DNA of 64,000 nucleotides from Macrostomum lignano. Lineage: Eukaryota. The DNA lies in NCBI GenBank assembly GCA_002269645.1, contig NIVC01001331.1:62001-126000 (forward strand), given 5' to 3'. A program made the position numbers and the translations under genes. A model generated the notes under the pieces. That model did not search any database, was not told where the DNA came from, and saw only the letters and a program-made list of their open reading frames with translations. Below, in pieces: positions 49,602 to 63,264 of this stretch (within the stretch, counting starts at the first letter, position 1; each line of letters begins with the position of its first letter).

Positions 49602-51209
49602 ATGTTGACAGGGAAAACATACGATCCCAGCAGCGTGTCCGCCTGCTACTCCGGCATGAGCAGCGGCTACGCAATGAGCTCGGCCATGTCACCCGGCTAC
49701 AGTCCACAGATGGCCGGCCACATGATGGGCATGGGCCCCATGGCCGTGTACAATGGCGCCGCAGCCGCAGCAGCTGCTGGGATGCCGACAGCCGCCGGGC
49801 ACATGGGCATGCCACCGTCGGCAATGCGGAGTGTCGACCTCAATAACGGCATCGGCGGAACCGGCGTCGGCGGCGGCGGCGGCCTGTCCACAAGCCGCAG
49901 CTCCAGCCCGACTGGACGCAGCGTCATCGGCGGTGGCGGCGGCGGCGGCCTCGCGGGAGTCGGCGGCATGAGCGGCGCGGTGAGCGGCTTGGACGGCGGC
50001 AAGGCGGCCGCGGCGGCGGCCTACAGGCGGACTTACACGCATTCCAAGCCTCCCTACAGCTACATCAGCCTCATCACCATGGCCATCCAGCAGTCGCCGC
50101 AGCACATGTGCACCCTGGCTGAGATCTACCAGTACATCATGGACAACTTCGCCTACTACAGGCAGAACCAGCAGCGCTGGCAGAATTCCATCAGGCACTC
50201 GCTGTCATTCAACGACTGCTTCTTGAAGGTGCCGCGCAGTCCGGACAAGCCGGGCAAAGGCTCCTACTGGACGCTGCACCCGGAGAGCGGCAACATGTTC
50301 GAGAACGGCTGCTACCTGCGCCGGCAGAAGCGCTTCAAGGACCCGAAGCGGGAGGCCACTCGGCGGGCGAATCGAGCCGCGGCCGCCAATGACGACTCGT
50401 CGAATCAGGACGACCGGGACGATGACGACGACGAAGACGACGACGGTTGCATGAAGGCGGAGCCAGGCAGCCCGTGTGGCAGCAGCCCGGCCTCCACGCC
50501 AAAGTCCAAGCTACAGGCAGCAACTCCGGAGGCTGCGGCGGCCGCTGCGGCGGCGGCGGCAGCGGCAGCAGCGGCGGCAGCGGCTTCCCAGTGCGGCCAG
50601 GAGCAGCAGGGCAGCAACCTCGAGCAAGCGCAGCATCCTTCATCACAGCAGCAGCAGCAGCAGCTTCACGATCCTCAGTCGAGCATGGCTGCTGCAGTAT
50701 CTTCGTCGGCTCCAGTGGGGTGTCACGGCATGCCGGTGGGTCCCCACCTGGCGCCTCACCAAATGATGGGACCACCTTCTCACCATCAGCTCATGCAGAT
50801 GCCGCATCAGCAGCACCAGTCGCATCAGGCTCTTCAGCATCAGCACCAGCACCAGCCGCACCAGCAGCTCCAGCAGCAGCAACAGCAGCATCTGCAACAG
50901 CAACAACAGCTTGGACAGCAGGAGCTCCAGGGCCTTCACAGCGGCCACCATGCCGGCATGATGGATGGGTCGCTAGCACCGCCTCCTCACGGCTACTTCC
51001 TGTCAGCCGACATGATGGCCATGGACCCCAGTCTCATGGGCAACTTCAGCCATCCGTTCTCCATCAGCTCGCTGATGAACCACGGCGCCGCGGCTGCGGC
51101 AGACTTGAAGTACTACGACATGGCCAGCTACGGCTATGGGCCCATCAAGGCCGAGGACCCGGCTGCGCAGCACCAGTACTATTACAAATACCACAGCGGA
51201 GCCTTGTAG
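49602..51209 (+). CDS. foxA: Forkhead box A (FoxA/HNF3/fork head), single exon, 535 aa
   Basis: Forkhead domain [15 protein letters not shown]...[15 protein letters not shown]...[21 protein letters not shown] is FoxA-diagnostic. C-terminal eh1-like HPFSISSLM; poly-Ala and poly-Gln/His tracts. Confidence 0.98.
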   Translation: MLTGKTYDPSSVSACYSGMSSGYAMSSAMSPGYSPQMAGHMMGMGPMAVYNGAAAAAAAGMPTAAGHMGMPPSAMRSVDLNNGIGGTGVGGGGGLSTSRSSSPTGRSVIGGGGGGGLAGVGGMSGAVSGLDGGKAAAAAAYRRTYTHSKPPYSYISLITMAIQQSPQHMCTLAEIYQYIMDNFAYYRQNQQRWQNSIRHSLSFNDCFLKVPRSPDKPGKGSYWTLHPESGNMFENGCYLRRQKRFKDPKREATRRANRAAAANDDSSNQDDRDDDDDEDDDGCMKAEPGSPCGSSPASTPKSKLQAATPEAAAAAAAAAAAAAAAAAASQCGQEQQGSNLEQAQHPSSQQQQQQLHDPQSSMAAAVSSSAPVGCHGMPVGPHLAPHQMMGPPSHHQLMQMPHQQHQSHQALQHQHQHQPHQQLQQQQQQHLQQQQQLGQQELQGLHSGHHAGMMDGSLAPPPHGYFLSADMMAMDPSLMGNFSHPFSISSLMNHGAAAAADLKYYDMASYGYGPIKAEDPAAQHQYYYKYHSGAL

Positions 51210-54124
51210 TCAGGTGTGTTTACAGTGTAATCATGCGAGTTACCCCCATGCCTACTGCATGCACATATAGGCTGTGAGTGAGTGCTGCCTGTCTGCCTGT
51301 CTGCCTGCATCCTCTTCCCGTGTCTGTTGCTGCACAGGCCCCCATATACTTTGATTGTGATACCAACTCCTCCTTGTTGAGTGCACTGGAACTCTTCTCA
51401 TTGCAATTTGCAGCAACCAATTGAACTACTCAATGCACTTCTGTTTCTCTTGCTTGATTGCTACTTGACATGTCTGTGCGGTACAGAATAAGTTAAATTA
51501 ATTTATTGGGTATAATTATGAAGTCAGTGTGTGTACAGTTGAAGATGTCTCAGCTCTTTGCTTTGGCATGAATGTCTTGCATGCCAAATAAATCATCGCA
51601 TTCTGTTCTGTTTGCTTTTTTGTTTGAAATCTCTTTGGGATCAGAGCTGCCAAGAAGCTCATTGGAGAAGCATTGTAAAACTGTTCTTTTGTTTTTGTTT
51701 TGTATTTTACTCATATATCTTTTGTGCAGAACCATTTTTCCTGGCAATGCCCCTGGCATAAATAGATTTCTGACCAAGGAAAATCAATCAATATCTCAGC
51801 CATTTTGTGCGTTCTGGGGTAAACTTTACTGTAGTTACTAAGCATGTTCTCTTCTAAAACATTGTCTTATTCACAGAACTTTTATTCTGTTCAATTTCAT
51901 TGTGCAAGACTCGTGCATTATGCCAGTTATTTGCTGTTTAATTGACTAATTGGCTTGAGCCAGAGAACCGGCATCTCAAAATTGGAGAAATATTGTCCGT
52001 TTTCTGCTTTTAATTTCTCTGTATGGGGGGTTTTGGGGCGCTGTTTTTTTTCCGACAATTGTTCTGAGTCTGTATTTTGAGTTGCGGTTAACGATTAACT
52101 ATATTTAATTCTTTAATAAGCGTGCAAAATATACAATATTATCTATCTCTGTTATGCATAAATTATATTTATTGCATATATTATCTTACAATGCCTAACA
52201 ACATGCCTAAATGATTGAAACTTTCAAAAATTTAGTGTTCATTTTTCGAATTTTTTGAATTCTAAGTTTTCACAGGAAGGAACTTTTGAGGATCTGAGCG
52301 GGGTATTAGGATTAGGATATGTTGGACTGTTCTCTTTGCAGCTTAGCCGAGTATTGAGTAAAGTAAATTGAATGGTAAACATTTGGCATTGTGCGCGGGT
52401 GGCCGTTTGTGTATTATAGAATTTATAATCTCTTAAACTCTATATAGACGTTGCTATGCCAGGGGATTATTATGTCACCTGATCCTTTCGCTTGCGCGGG
52501 GGGTGGTTAAGACTTTGCGCATATATATATAAGAAGTCTTTGTTGTAGGTGGGGACGCTGAGCTATTCTCACACCTGTGCTCATGGAGACGGAAAGTGAG
52601 AACAAGAAAGCTTATTATATTTTGAATTGGCTGTGGCACTTCAGCAATTCTTCCATTATATCGCTAAATAATGGCTAAAGCGAGCCCCTGCACCCCCGTC
52701 CCAGTAACTCTGAGGATGGCTTCTTTGATTCAAGTGGCCCCGAATGCAGAGAAGTGAGAAGTGAGGCTGAAGACGAGTGGAACTTTGCCGAGAGATGGAG
52801 AAAGGTGTGAAACGATATTATATACCAATGCGTATCATATATTAGAGTCCCGAATATAGATCATTTTATTGGCCACTCGAAGCCCAGGTGTTGTCTGATG
52901 ATATATGGATGTTTGCCTTGAGAAGTTTGTGGCTGCACGGATGGATACTAATACCTTCGCGTTTGGGTTGTGCGGTGGGAAAGTCGAGTCACAAATAGAT
53001 GGGATATGCTTGGGATTCAAGGGTGGGAATAGATATGAGACGAGGCGTGCTGGTACCCTGCATGCATCTTCATCCAATTTTTTAGCACGCGCGCCTTCTG
53101 AACTCAACTGAGCTGAAGCTGTCTATTCTCACTGTGAATTAGCCAGCAGCTCCAGGCCTGTCAATCAAAGCCACGCGGCACTGCATGAGGAGATGCGGGA
53201 AGTCGAAATGCAGTGTGTTTGACTTCTGCCCATCAGTCAGCCGAGTGGCAAACGGTTTTGGCAATCAGGACTGCCATGGGCCAAACTGCTGGGCCACTCG
53301 CCTTTCAGAGCCATCAATTGTCTTTAATTGATCCCCCACCCACCTGATTTTAATCAACTGTTTTATAAGGGCTATCATAATAGAGTGGGGTCTGCTACTG
53401 ACGCCCCCATTGTCTTATGGCCGCGGTCAATAGCAATCAAAGAGCCATTAGCTGCCAACTATATACCCCACGAGGCTTAATTGGGGCGAAAATATTGCTG
53501 CATTTTTTTACAAAACTGTCAAATGGAATGCGCTATGATATGCATTGACTGTAGATAATTGGCACCGCCCATCTCATGCTTAACCCATTGCAGCAGAATC
53601 CGCGGACTGATTGTTGGTCCCCATCTCTGCAGACTTTGCACGTGCGCAGCAGGTCTCATTCTCCTCAGCTCATTTGAACAATGCTTTCGGTTTAGTGCTG
53701 TCTTCTAAATAGCTAATTGCTGCACCAGCCGATTGACTGACAGGGGATAATGCCCGGTCCGAGTGGCCACTTCAGCTGGGCTGTGGCTGAAATTTATCGG
53801 GGGGGGGGGAATAGGTGGGGATGCGATGGTGTCAAACTGCCCCTGAAACCATGGATTGCTAGGCCAGAACTCACTGACTGACTGACTGACAATGCAGCAC
53901 TTTGAGTGCCCTCGTACCTGCATTGGGCTGGGGGCGGACGCGTTGGTCACCTTTTTAGGGGGGGGGGGAGATCTTCCTTATACTAGATAGCTGTGTGACT
54001 GACAGCCTGGGAGAAATGAGAAATACATGTACGAGCGTGCGAACTCTAGCAGTTTACACACAGAGAGAATAAGAAAATTCGAAAGAAAAAAGAAAGCGAA
54101 ATTTTAAGGCTAAGAGAGGGTACG

Positions 54125-54765
54125 AGTGATGGGAGAGAGGATAGAGTGATGGGAGAGAGGGTAGAGTGATGGAAGAGGGGGGTAGAGTAATGGAAGAGTG
54201 GGTAGACTGATGGAAGAGGGGGAGAGAGGGTAGAGTGATGGTAGAGAGGATGGTAGAGAGGTAGAGAGGTAGAGTGATGGGAGAGAGGATAGAGTGATGG
54301 GAGAGAGGGTGGAGTGATGGGAGAGAGGGTGGAGTGATGGGAGAGAGGGTAGAGTGATGGGAGAGAGAATAGAGTGAAGGGAGAGAGGGTGGAGTGATGG
54401 GAGAGAGGGTGGAGTGATGGGAGAGAGGGTGGAGTGATGGGAGAGAGGGTGGAGTGATGGGAGAGAGGGTGGAGTGATGGGAGAGAGGGTGGAGTGATGG
54501 GAGAGAGGGTGGAGTGATGGGAGAGAGGGTGGAGTGATGGGAGAGAGGGTGGAGTGATGGGAGAGAGGGTGGAGTGATGGGAGAGAGGGTAGAGTGATGG
54601 AAGAGAGGGTGGAGTGATGGAAGAGAGGGTGGAGTGATGGGAGAGAGGGTGGAGTGATGGGAGAGAGGGTGGAGTGATGGGAGAGAGGGTAGAGTGATGG
54701 AAGAGAGGGTGGAGTGATGAGAGAGAGGATAGAGTGATGGGAGAGAGGGTAGAGTGATGGGAGAG
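54125..54765. repeat. 20-bp purine-rich array (gatgggagagagggtggagt)
   Basis: Seen directly. Confidence 0.96.
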
Positions 54766-55824
54766 ATGGTGCAGTCTTAATGCCCTGACTATTTTTATTA
54801 AGTGTTTAATTTTCAGCAAATGTCATTATTTTGACTTTGATACTCCCAAACCGCGGGAAGTAGTTCGAAGAAAATATTTAAAAAATGTGTCGAATAAGAG
54901 ACTGTCAGACAGAGCGAAGAAGTGCTATTTCTGCTGCCCCAGAGCATCCCTATTATCTGCTTCTCCCAAAGCCTGCGTTCGACTCGCATTTGAAAGTATT
55001 GGTAAAAGAAGCTCACAGTAAAGGCAAAGGCAGTGATGAGTTGATGAGGCTCCGCGGGATCCTAGATGATGGAGGAGAGTCTGGAATGGAAAAAAAACGG
55101 TAATTTGAGGAGGCCCCACGCGGGAAGGACGGTTGAGACGGACCCCACCCTCACTGAAGCCGTTCTCGAGGCCTTTAATGACATGTTTGCCCAGGCAGGC
55201 TGTGTGAATGGGGGGGGGGGTTGGTGGGCATCTAATAGCGGCCGAATTGCTTCCAATAGTGGAGGCGCACCTTGCGGCAGACTTATACGTATATTGTCTG
55301 CAGACAGAAGCAGATCCACTTCTATCCTCAGCTTTCTCCCTCTTCTTGCCTTTCTCATCCCCCCCGTGTGTTGTGTCCCTCTCGATATCGCCTCTTCCCC
55401 CAGATACGGGACTGAGCACAGGGATCCCCATCTATGCATGTTGGGCGCACGCACAATGGATGGCCGCGGCTGCAAGCGGGGTGGTGGACACTGTTGAGTA
55501 GGTCACTCAAGAAATGCTTTAAAATTCCCTCTCTCGGATAGTAAGGGAAGGCGTTTTTTAACATTTCCCTCTGTCAGGCAAGTACTTCGTGAGTATTTTA
55601 ATAAAACTATATTGCACCGGGGACGAGGTTCTGTATAATGGAAAATGTTCAATAAAGCATTACATAGTAAGAAGTCTCTTTACTGCAATCGATTGATCGA
55701 CAACTGGAAAATATGAATGCGGCATGAGCACAGCAGGGTCATCGATCTGTGCAGTTCTGCCCGCTGCGATTCAGCATGAATTTCGTTTAATGCTCATCAT
55801 ACTCTGCTAGACTGTCGGGTCTTG

Positions 55825-56808
55825 GCTGATCTCGGCGCCCCGTTTGTGAATCTCGGCGCCCCATTTGTGAATCTTGGCGCCCTATTTGTGAATCTCGGCG
55901 CCCTCCTTGTGAATCTTGGCGCCCTTTTTGTGAATTTCAGCGCCCCATTTGTGAATCTCGTCGCCAAATTTGTGAATCTCGGCGCCCTATTTGTGAATCT
56001 CAGCGCCCCATTTGTGAATCTCGGCGCCAAATTTGTGAATCTCGGCGCCCCATTTGTGAATCTCGGCGCCAAATTTGTGAATCTCGGCGCCAAATTTGTG
56101 AATCTCAGCGCCCCTTTATTGAATCTCGGCGCCCTGCTTGTGAATCTTGGCGCCCTATTTGTGAATCTCGGCGCCCTCCTTGTGAATCTTGGCGCCCTTT
56201 TTGTGAATTTCAGCGCCCCATTTGTGAATCTCGTCGCCAAATTTGTGAATCTCGGCGCCCTATTTGTGAATCTCAGCGCCCCATTTGTGAATCTCGGCGC
56301 CAAATTTGTGAATCTCGGCGCCCCATTTGTGAATCTCGGCGCCCCATTTGTGAATCTCGGCGCCCCATTTGTGAATCTCAGCGTCCCTTTATTGAATCTC
56401 GGCGCCCTGCTTGTGAATCTTGGCGCCCTATTTGTGAATCTCGGCGCCCTCCTTGTGAATCTTGGCGCCCTATTTGTGAATCTCAGCGCCCCGTTTGTGA
56501 ATATCGGCGCCAAATTTCTGAATCTCGGCGCCCCATTTGTGAATCTCGGCGCCCCATTTGTGAATCTCGGCGCCCCATTTGTGAATCTCAGCGCCCCTTT
56601 ATTGAATCTCGGCGCCCTGCTTGTGAATCTTGGCGCCAAATTTGTGAATCTCGGCGCCCATTTGTGAATCTCGGCGCCCATTTGTGAATCTCGCTGCCCC
56701 ATTTGTGAATCTCGGCGCCAAATTTGTGAATCTTGGCGCCCATTTGTGAATCTCGGTGCCCCATTTGTGAATCTCGGCGCCCCGCTTGTGAATCTCGGCG
56801 CCCCATTT
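55825..56808. repeat. 21-bp tandem array (tttgtgaatctcggcgcccca) with higher-order blocks
   Basis: Periodicity seen directly; the order of variant units repeats over longer blocks. Confidence 0.97.
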
Positions 56809-57289
56809 AAGTGTCGGTGTAAGGGGTCTACTTAAAGCATTTAGATGTACTTATAAGTTATCAGTTAAAACCAAAGGCTCAGTAACAAAAATTGATTAGA
56901 CTAATGGATCTAATTAAGTATAATTAAGTAGACAACTTGAGTCACTAAAAATTGAAGAGCATAAATGCGTTATTTAACTACAAAAATGCGTCACTGCGTG
57001 TATTTGTACAACCTGCTGCAGGAGCCGGATTGAGATTGGCAAAAAAGACAACAATATTTAGTTACATATCAAAAAGACAAAATAGTCATAGGTCAATCTC
57101 GCGAGCCACTAGGTCACCGAGGCCTCTTCAAGTGTCTGCAATGTTCAAAGAAGAAGACCAATTTTAATCAATATATTTATTAACTGTCATGAGCTAAGAG
57201 TATGTTGCTTATTGAAATAATTGGATTTAACAATTGAATGTTGCATCTTTTCAGAGAGGGTATCGCAAAACCAAAACTTTACAAACCCT

Positions 57290-58175
57290 GATGGGGACTT
57301 TACGAACCCTGAATGAACCTCACGAACCCTGAATGAACTTCACAAACCCTGAATAAACTTCGAAAACCCTGAATGAACTTCACAAACCCTGAAATGAACT
57401 TTACAAACCCTGAATAAACTTCACAAACCCTAAGTGAACTTCACAAACCCTGATGAACTTCACAAACCCTGAATGAACTTCACAAACCCTGAATAAACTT
57501 CGAAAACCCTGAATGAACTTCACAAACCCTGAAATGAACTTTACAAACCCTGAAGAAACTTCACAAACCCTGAAGAAACTTCACAAACCCTTAATGAACT
57601 TTACAAACCCTGAATGAACCTCACAAACCATAAATGAACTTCACAAACCCTGAAATGAACTTCACAAACCCTGAGTGAACTTCACAAACCCTAAGTGAAC
57701 TTCACAAACCCTGATGAACTTCACAAACCCTGAATGAACCTCACAAACCCTGAATGAACTTCACAAACCCTGAATGAACCTCACAAACCCTGAATGAACT
57801 TCACAAACCCTGAATGAACCTCACAAACCATAAATGAACTTCACAAACCCTGAAATGAACTTTACAAACCCTGAGTGAACTTCACAAACCCTAAGTGAAC
57901 TTCACAAACCCTGAATGAACCTCACAAACCCTGAATGAACCTCACAAACCATAAATGAACTTCACAAACCCTGAAATGAACTTTACAAACCCTGAGTGAA
58001 CTTCACAAACCCTAAGTGAACTTCACAAACCCTGAATGAACCTCACAAACCCTGAATGAACTTCACAAACCCTGAATGAACCTCACAAACCATAAATGAA
58101 CTTCACAAACCCTGAAATGAACTTCACAAACCCTAAGTGAACTTCACAAACCCTGAGTGAACTTCACAAACCCTA
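57290..58175. repeat. ~20-21-bp tandem array (tgaacttcacaaaccctgaa)
   Basis: Seen directly. Confidence 0.96.
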
Positions 58176-58669
58176 AACTGACTAAACTTCAAGGCATCCA
58201 CCGTGTATTTTATACCACATGAAATTTTTGGTTGTTCAAGTTTTTAGTTTAAAATAGTGCTGGACCCTGCTGCACTTTTTAGCAGAGACTCTCTCAGATT
58301 TTTTCGTGTTTTCACAATGAGTCAGTGCTTCATCAACTCATACATTGAGAGCAGCTGTATCTCTATCTAAATACGAGCGTTTAATTATAGAATTGAACCT
58401 GCTGTCAAATTTAGCAACAAAAACGACGGCTCATAAATATATTAAACTTCAGGCGTGTAAAAATATGGGCGGTTCTGCGGCGCGCGGGCCATGCAGCCCC
58501 CGTGTGGGTGGCGCGCGGCCTCTGACGAGGGCGCAAGCGAGCGCTACTACCAAAACAACCTGCGGCAACGCAGCCTTGCCCATTGTGCGGGCGGCTGGGC
58601 TGCTTTCACTCCCCGAACTGGACAACAATAGACGGGTCCCCTGGCTTCAGTTCTGCGTGACGAAATGGA

Positions 58670-58671
<2 letters not shown>

Positions 58672-58704
<33 letters not shown>
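58672..58704. repeat. (CT)n microsatellite
   Basis: Seen directly. Confidence 0.95.
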
Positions 58705-58706
<2 letters not shown>

Positions 58707-59754
58707 TAAACGGGTCTGACAGCCTCAGATACCGCAGAGGGGCTATGCTACAGAGTCTTAAACAAACAATGAACCGATCCAAAGGCGCTGGCTGAGCCTA
58801 TTTTTAAACGCGGCGCCTCTCAAAACCTGTGGGTGGTCGTCCCTTTTTCTTATCCCTCCCGCCGCTTCCCCAATCGAATTAAGGTTGTCGAAATCTCTTT
58901 TTTTGTCTAACCGTCTGTCCGCCTGCCACCCCCCGCCACAACACAGCACTGTCTCTGCCACGCTCAATTGCTTTCAATGAAAACAAACAGGTATAAGGGT
59001 AGGTGGGGAGGCTTCGGTTTTAACGTCCATCGAAGAGACTCAAGAGAGCAACCTTTCTTACACTGGAATTTAAAGTATAGACTTAAGTATAACGAGCTCA
59101 AGATAAATGGCGCTCACGGACAAGCATCTGGGCAAGTCGGTTTTAAGTGAAAATACGAGAGAATTGAAGCAAAGTCTTGCTCCGTCTTTGGGCCTAAGCC
59201 CTTCTTTTTACCTTTGCATCATCCGTTCCCGAAGCCCTTTACCCTGCACTCCAGTGGGGGCCGCCTGCGCATTTGTTTGCTCATTTCACCGCCAGCCCCC
59301 CCCCCACAGCGCGCTCCGCTATTCTAAGGAAATGATGAAAGTTTGTTCAACCCGGGGCCTCGCCAAGGCGGACTCACACGCGGGCAGGGCACTCCACAGC
59401 TCCCCCCGCCCGCCCCAACCCTCGGCAAACAACTTTGAGTTGTCGGCCGTGTCGGCGGGACAAGGGGCCCCGGGGTCGGGGCCGGGCCGGCGGTGAAAGT
59501 CTTGAGTCAACAACTCAAAAACCCGAGCTCCCATGGCGCATGAGACAGGCGGCAGGGGCTGAGATGAAGGAGAAAGTGTTTAAGCAAGCTGGCGAGCTCA
59601 GGTAAAAATAAAAGCGGGACAGACAGATGGCGGGGACCCCCCACGAGGTAAAGGGGATGTCAGACTGACATGAAGCCTGAAAGCAGTTTTCTTTCTAAAG
59701 GCAATCTGAAGCAGTTAATTGCTCAAAATTGATAACATTTTTTGGCGCATTGGT

Positions 59755-60035
59755 ACCGGGACCGGACAATCTGAAAATGCGTCTGAATCTCGTACCACGA
59801 ACCCTGGTTCGATTCCCTGCGCAAACGCATTAAATTGGGTCCATGAGGGCCAGCCCCCAAGGCACGGAGACTGTACATGCCTGACGATTGGAAAGTCAGG
59901 GCCGCTGTGCACCCTGTGTGAGCGTACAGCATTGGTGCGCTTGCATGTGCTCAGGAGCCAGCGGAATGGGCAGAAGGCGTTGCGCCATGGTGCCCGCAGC
60001 CCTCCTGGAGTTATTAATCCCACTTTCACATAATG
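59755..60035 (+). mobile_element. tRNA-derived SINE, diverged relative of 42749-43075
   Basis: B box GGTTCGATTCC at 59806-59816; shares cccccaaggc..tgtacatgcct..agggccgctgt..gcggaatgggcag..tgcgcca.ggtgc with the other copy. Confidence 0.7.
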
Positions 60036-61743
60036 CTAAGTGAATTCACATCATCTACCGGAAGAGTAACGTTTTCTCTCGATTCAGAGAGCAGAATTCT
60101 GAGCAGACATCCAGCTCACTGCAGTTTGCTGACTGAGGCATGCTATGCTGCATGAGCCAGATTTTCAGGCAGGCCATGGTACACGCGATAAAACGTTTGC
60201 TTTCGCTGCTGCTATGGGAGACGGCGCGCGCTGCAGGGGGTTCCGGACAAACAAATGGAGAAATGGAGGATGGAGGATGCAGCGCCTACCTACCTACTGT
60301 GTTTGCTCTCATCCTGAGCATCCTGCTAAGGCCTCATCTGTCAATTCAATATTCCCATAGAGAGCTGCTAGGCTCATGGGATCTGCACAACCGGCTTTCT
60401 GGTGCAGTTTGGGAAGGTCTGGCATAAATTACGAATACTGGGATTTTCGCCATAGACAAATTTCGGTCGAGAAACAATGCGCTGCAGAGACAGGGACAGC
60501 TGAACTCTAGCCGCAACTTTGCTTGCCTGCCGGTCTCCGGTAGCAGTTCATGAAAACAAATGGCTTGATGAAATTTTTCTGCTGCAGCTTTCTGCTTTTT
60601 CTGCAGCAGCTTTATACTTTTTCTCTGCAGCGGATTTCTGCTTTTTCTGCAGCGTCTCTCTCCCGCGTCAAAGTCAGTTTCGACTATGGGTGTGAAATTT
60701 GAGAACTCGATTTTTTTGCTTTTGGCTTCGGGTTGGGGAAGAGGATGAGGCACTGGTAGAAAGTGATGAAGCGTCCTTACGGTTTGCTTGATCTGTCCAG
60801 CATCCATACAGCTCAGCTTTAGCCAATTAACTAGATTAACTGATGGAGCAGCCCCCCACTGTGTCACTTGGTTCGGTTTGATCTGTTTTCACGCTCAATT
60901 GAGTCATGCAAGCTTGCAAAGTACAAGAAATCTAAGCATTTCTGCGATTAAAACGTATCTGATATTGTATTTAGCTGGCTTTTCTCCAGATGACTGACTG
61001 ACAGACAGACCGCCGGTCGCCGGTCGGTCTGGTGCCTGCATTGCCTCTTAGTTAAAGAAAATAACAGCATTCTTGATCTTGCACATGTACTGCATTAATA
61101 TGTGGGCGTATATTTTATACAATCTGGCTGATTGCTGAGTTTCATACCCACTCTCTGAGTCTCAATCTGTTCCTCCCACTCCACCACCCACTGAGCCTCT
61201 CGTATCGCACAGCCTTCAGCCACTCCCCCCCAATCTGTACCATTTCTACGATAAGAAACCCCCAGCGCAAGGCCCCTGGCAGCAATGGCGCAATGGCGGA
61301 GGACTCATTGGGGGGGGGGGGCTGCTTGAGCCGAGTTCACGATATAGACCATAACCCGGCTGATAAGGAGGTTGGAGTTGCTCATTGCTGGATCTGTCGT
61401 AACTTCCATCTTCTAAAAGACCTCCGAGAGCGTTCTATATATAATATATAATAAGATAGATAAGAAATATCCTTGAGTGTGCAGAATTTAAACTGCCTTG
61501 GTTCACTGAGCCAATTTGCGCGATACAATTCATTTGTTTTCATTTATATCGTAAATTGCAAAGCCTCTGGCTTATCTTACTTTGCGATGCCGCTCTTTTG
61601 TTTCTTTGAAAATGACGACTTTTTTGCTTATCTACCAGAAATACGAATGCGACCAGTTCTGCTCGGGCTTATTTGACGTGAACTCAGCTTCTGACACAGT
61701 GCTAAATTGTGATAACTGCATTTAGAGTTTTGACACTTTTTAG

Positions 61744-62328
61744 GATTTTATCAGCTTACGCCATTGTTGTTCATCTGTTTCACCAACTAGCGCCATTGTT
61801 GTCACATCCGTTTCACCAGCTAGCGCCATTGTTGTCACATCTGTTTCACCAACTAGCGCTATTCCTGTCACATCTGTCTCACCAGCTAGCGCCACTCCTG
61901 TCACATCTGTCTCACCAGCTAGCGCCACTCCTGTCACACCTATCTCACCAGCTAGCGCCATTGTTGTCACACCTGTCTCACCAGCTAGCGCCACTTCTGT
62001 CACATCTGTCTCACCAGCTAGCGCCACTCCTGTCACATCTGTCTCACCAGCTAGCGCCACTCCTGTCACACCTATCTCACCAGCTAGCGCCATTGTTGTC
62101 ACACCTGTCTCACCAGCTAGCGCCACTTCTGTCACATCTGTCTCACCAGCTAGCGCTACTCCTGTCACATCTGTCTCACCAGCTAGCGCTACTCCTGTCA
62201 CACCTGTCTCACCAGCTAGCGCCACTCCTGTCACATCTGTCTCACCAGCTAGCGCCACTCCTGTCACATCTGTCTCACCAGCTAGCGCCACTCCTGTTGC
62301 AATCCTCAGCAAAGCCGGTGGCATCTAG
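61744..62328 (+). CDS. Possible mucin-like exon made of 33-bp repeats (SPASATPVTSV)n
   Basis: Open frame begins exactly after the acceptor ttttgacactttttag (61742-61743) and runs 194 codons to TAG. The unit length is a multiple of 3. No upstream exon was identified. Confidence 0.35.
   Translation, partial: DFISLRHCCSSVSPTSAIVVTSVSPASAIVVTSVSPTSAIPVTSVSPASATPVTSVSPASATPVTPISPASAIVVTPVSPASATSVTSVSPASATPVTSVSPASATPVTPISPASAIVVTPVSPASATSVTSVSPASATPVTSVSPASATPVTPVSPASATPVTSVSPASATPVTSVSPASATPVAILSKAGGI
61775..62298. repeat. 33-bp tandem array (tcaccagctagcgccactcctgtcacatctgtc), ~16 copies
   Basis: Periodicity seen directly. Confidence 0.96.
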
Positions 62329-62624
62329 TAATTTTTGAGTTTAAGTTTCCGCCCCACCCAGGAGCTGAACTGAGCTGAGCAAGCAGATGCGCAGACTTGA
62401 TCAGCTTATTTAGCCGATCAGTATACATGCTCAATAATATATGGTGCACAGGGAATCGGGTCTGAGGTACTGCGTACTTCATACCATATGCATATGCGAT
62501 TACTGTGTACCCTCTTTCTATTGCTAGGGCGTGAACCGACTTCAAGTAGCTTATTTATTTGAGCTGATATAATAGCAATCTTCTTGAAATCGCTGCTATA
62601 TTATTTGGAAAAATGATCTTTTAC

Positions 62625-62790
62625 GAGGGAGAGCGAGGGAGAGAGGGGGAGAGGGGGAGATATAGGGAGAGAGGATGAGAAAGAGGGGGGAGAGAGAGGG
62701 GTGAGAGAGGGAGAGAGGGAGAGAGCGATGGAGAGAGTGAGGAAGAGGTCGAGTGAGAGAGGGGGAGAGGGCGAGGGAGAGGGCGATAGA
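62625..62790. repeat. GA-rich low-complexity tract
   Basis: Seen directly. Confidence 0.9.
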
Positions 62791-63264
62791 TGGGAGTAGG
62801 CTGCAAACAGAAGAGGACAGGTTAGTGAAAGTGGGGCTGTATATGAGGCTTGATTATTATCATCAGTCATCGAAAAAATACAAATGAGAAAATGAGTGTA
62901 TTTTGGATAGCAATGACCGATGTAGATCTGTCACTCCGGACTGGAGCGGATGCTGGATTCCCATCACTCGCTCACATGGGAGCGGACCACCCAGGCGACA
63001 GCTGGGAAAATTAGCTCATATTAAGAGAGCGATGAGGCAAAAAGTTGTTAAAAAGGCCCATTTTTCACCATGCACTCCGCGCGGTTTCTATGCGGCTGGT
63101 TACGCGGTTTTTTCTCTCTATGGGAGGCAACAAAAACAAAAAAAAACGACAAAGAGAAATTGAGAGCCAAATACTTCGATTATTTACTATGCCAGTTGAA
63201 CATATTGGGACCAAATTTGCTCCACGTTTATCCGTTTGATCCGTCCGTCCGTTTGATTATCCGT

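Noticed and set aside
55797-56702. (NLGAPFV)n and (APRFTN)n ORFs
   Set aside because: 21-bp satellite with indels at its end, no splice context, and open on both strands.
57290-58175. AAACCCT as a plant-type telomeric repeat
   Set aside because: A heptamer embedded in a 20-21-bp unit, not tandem; not an animal telomere motif.
60346-60867. 173-aa minus-strand ORF with AEK-like repeats
   Set aside because: No recognisable domain, no codon bias and no convincing splice sites.
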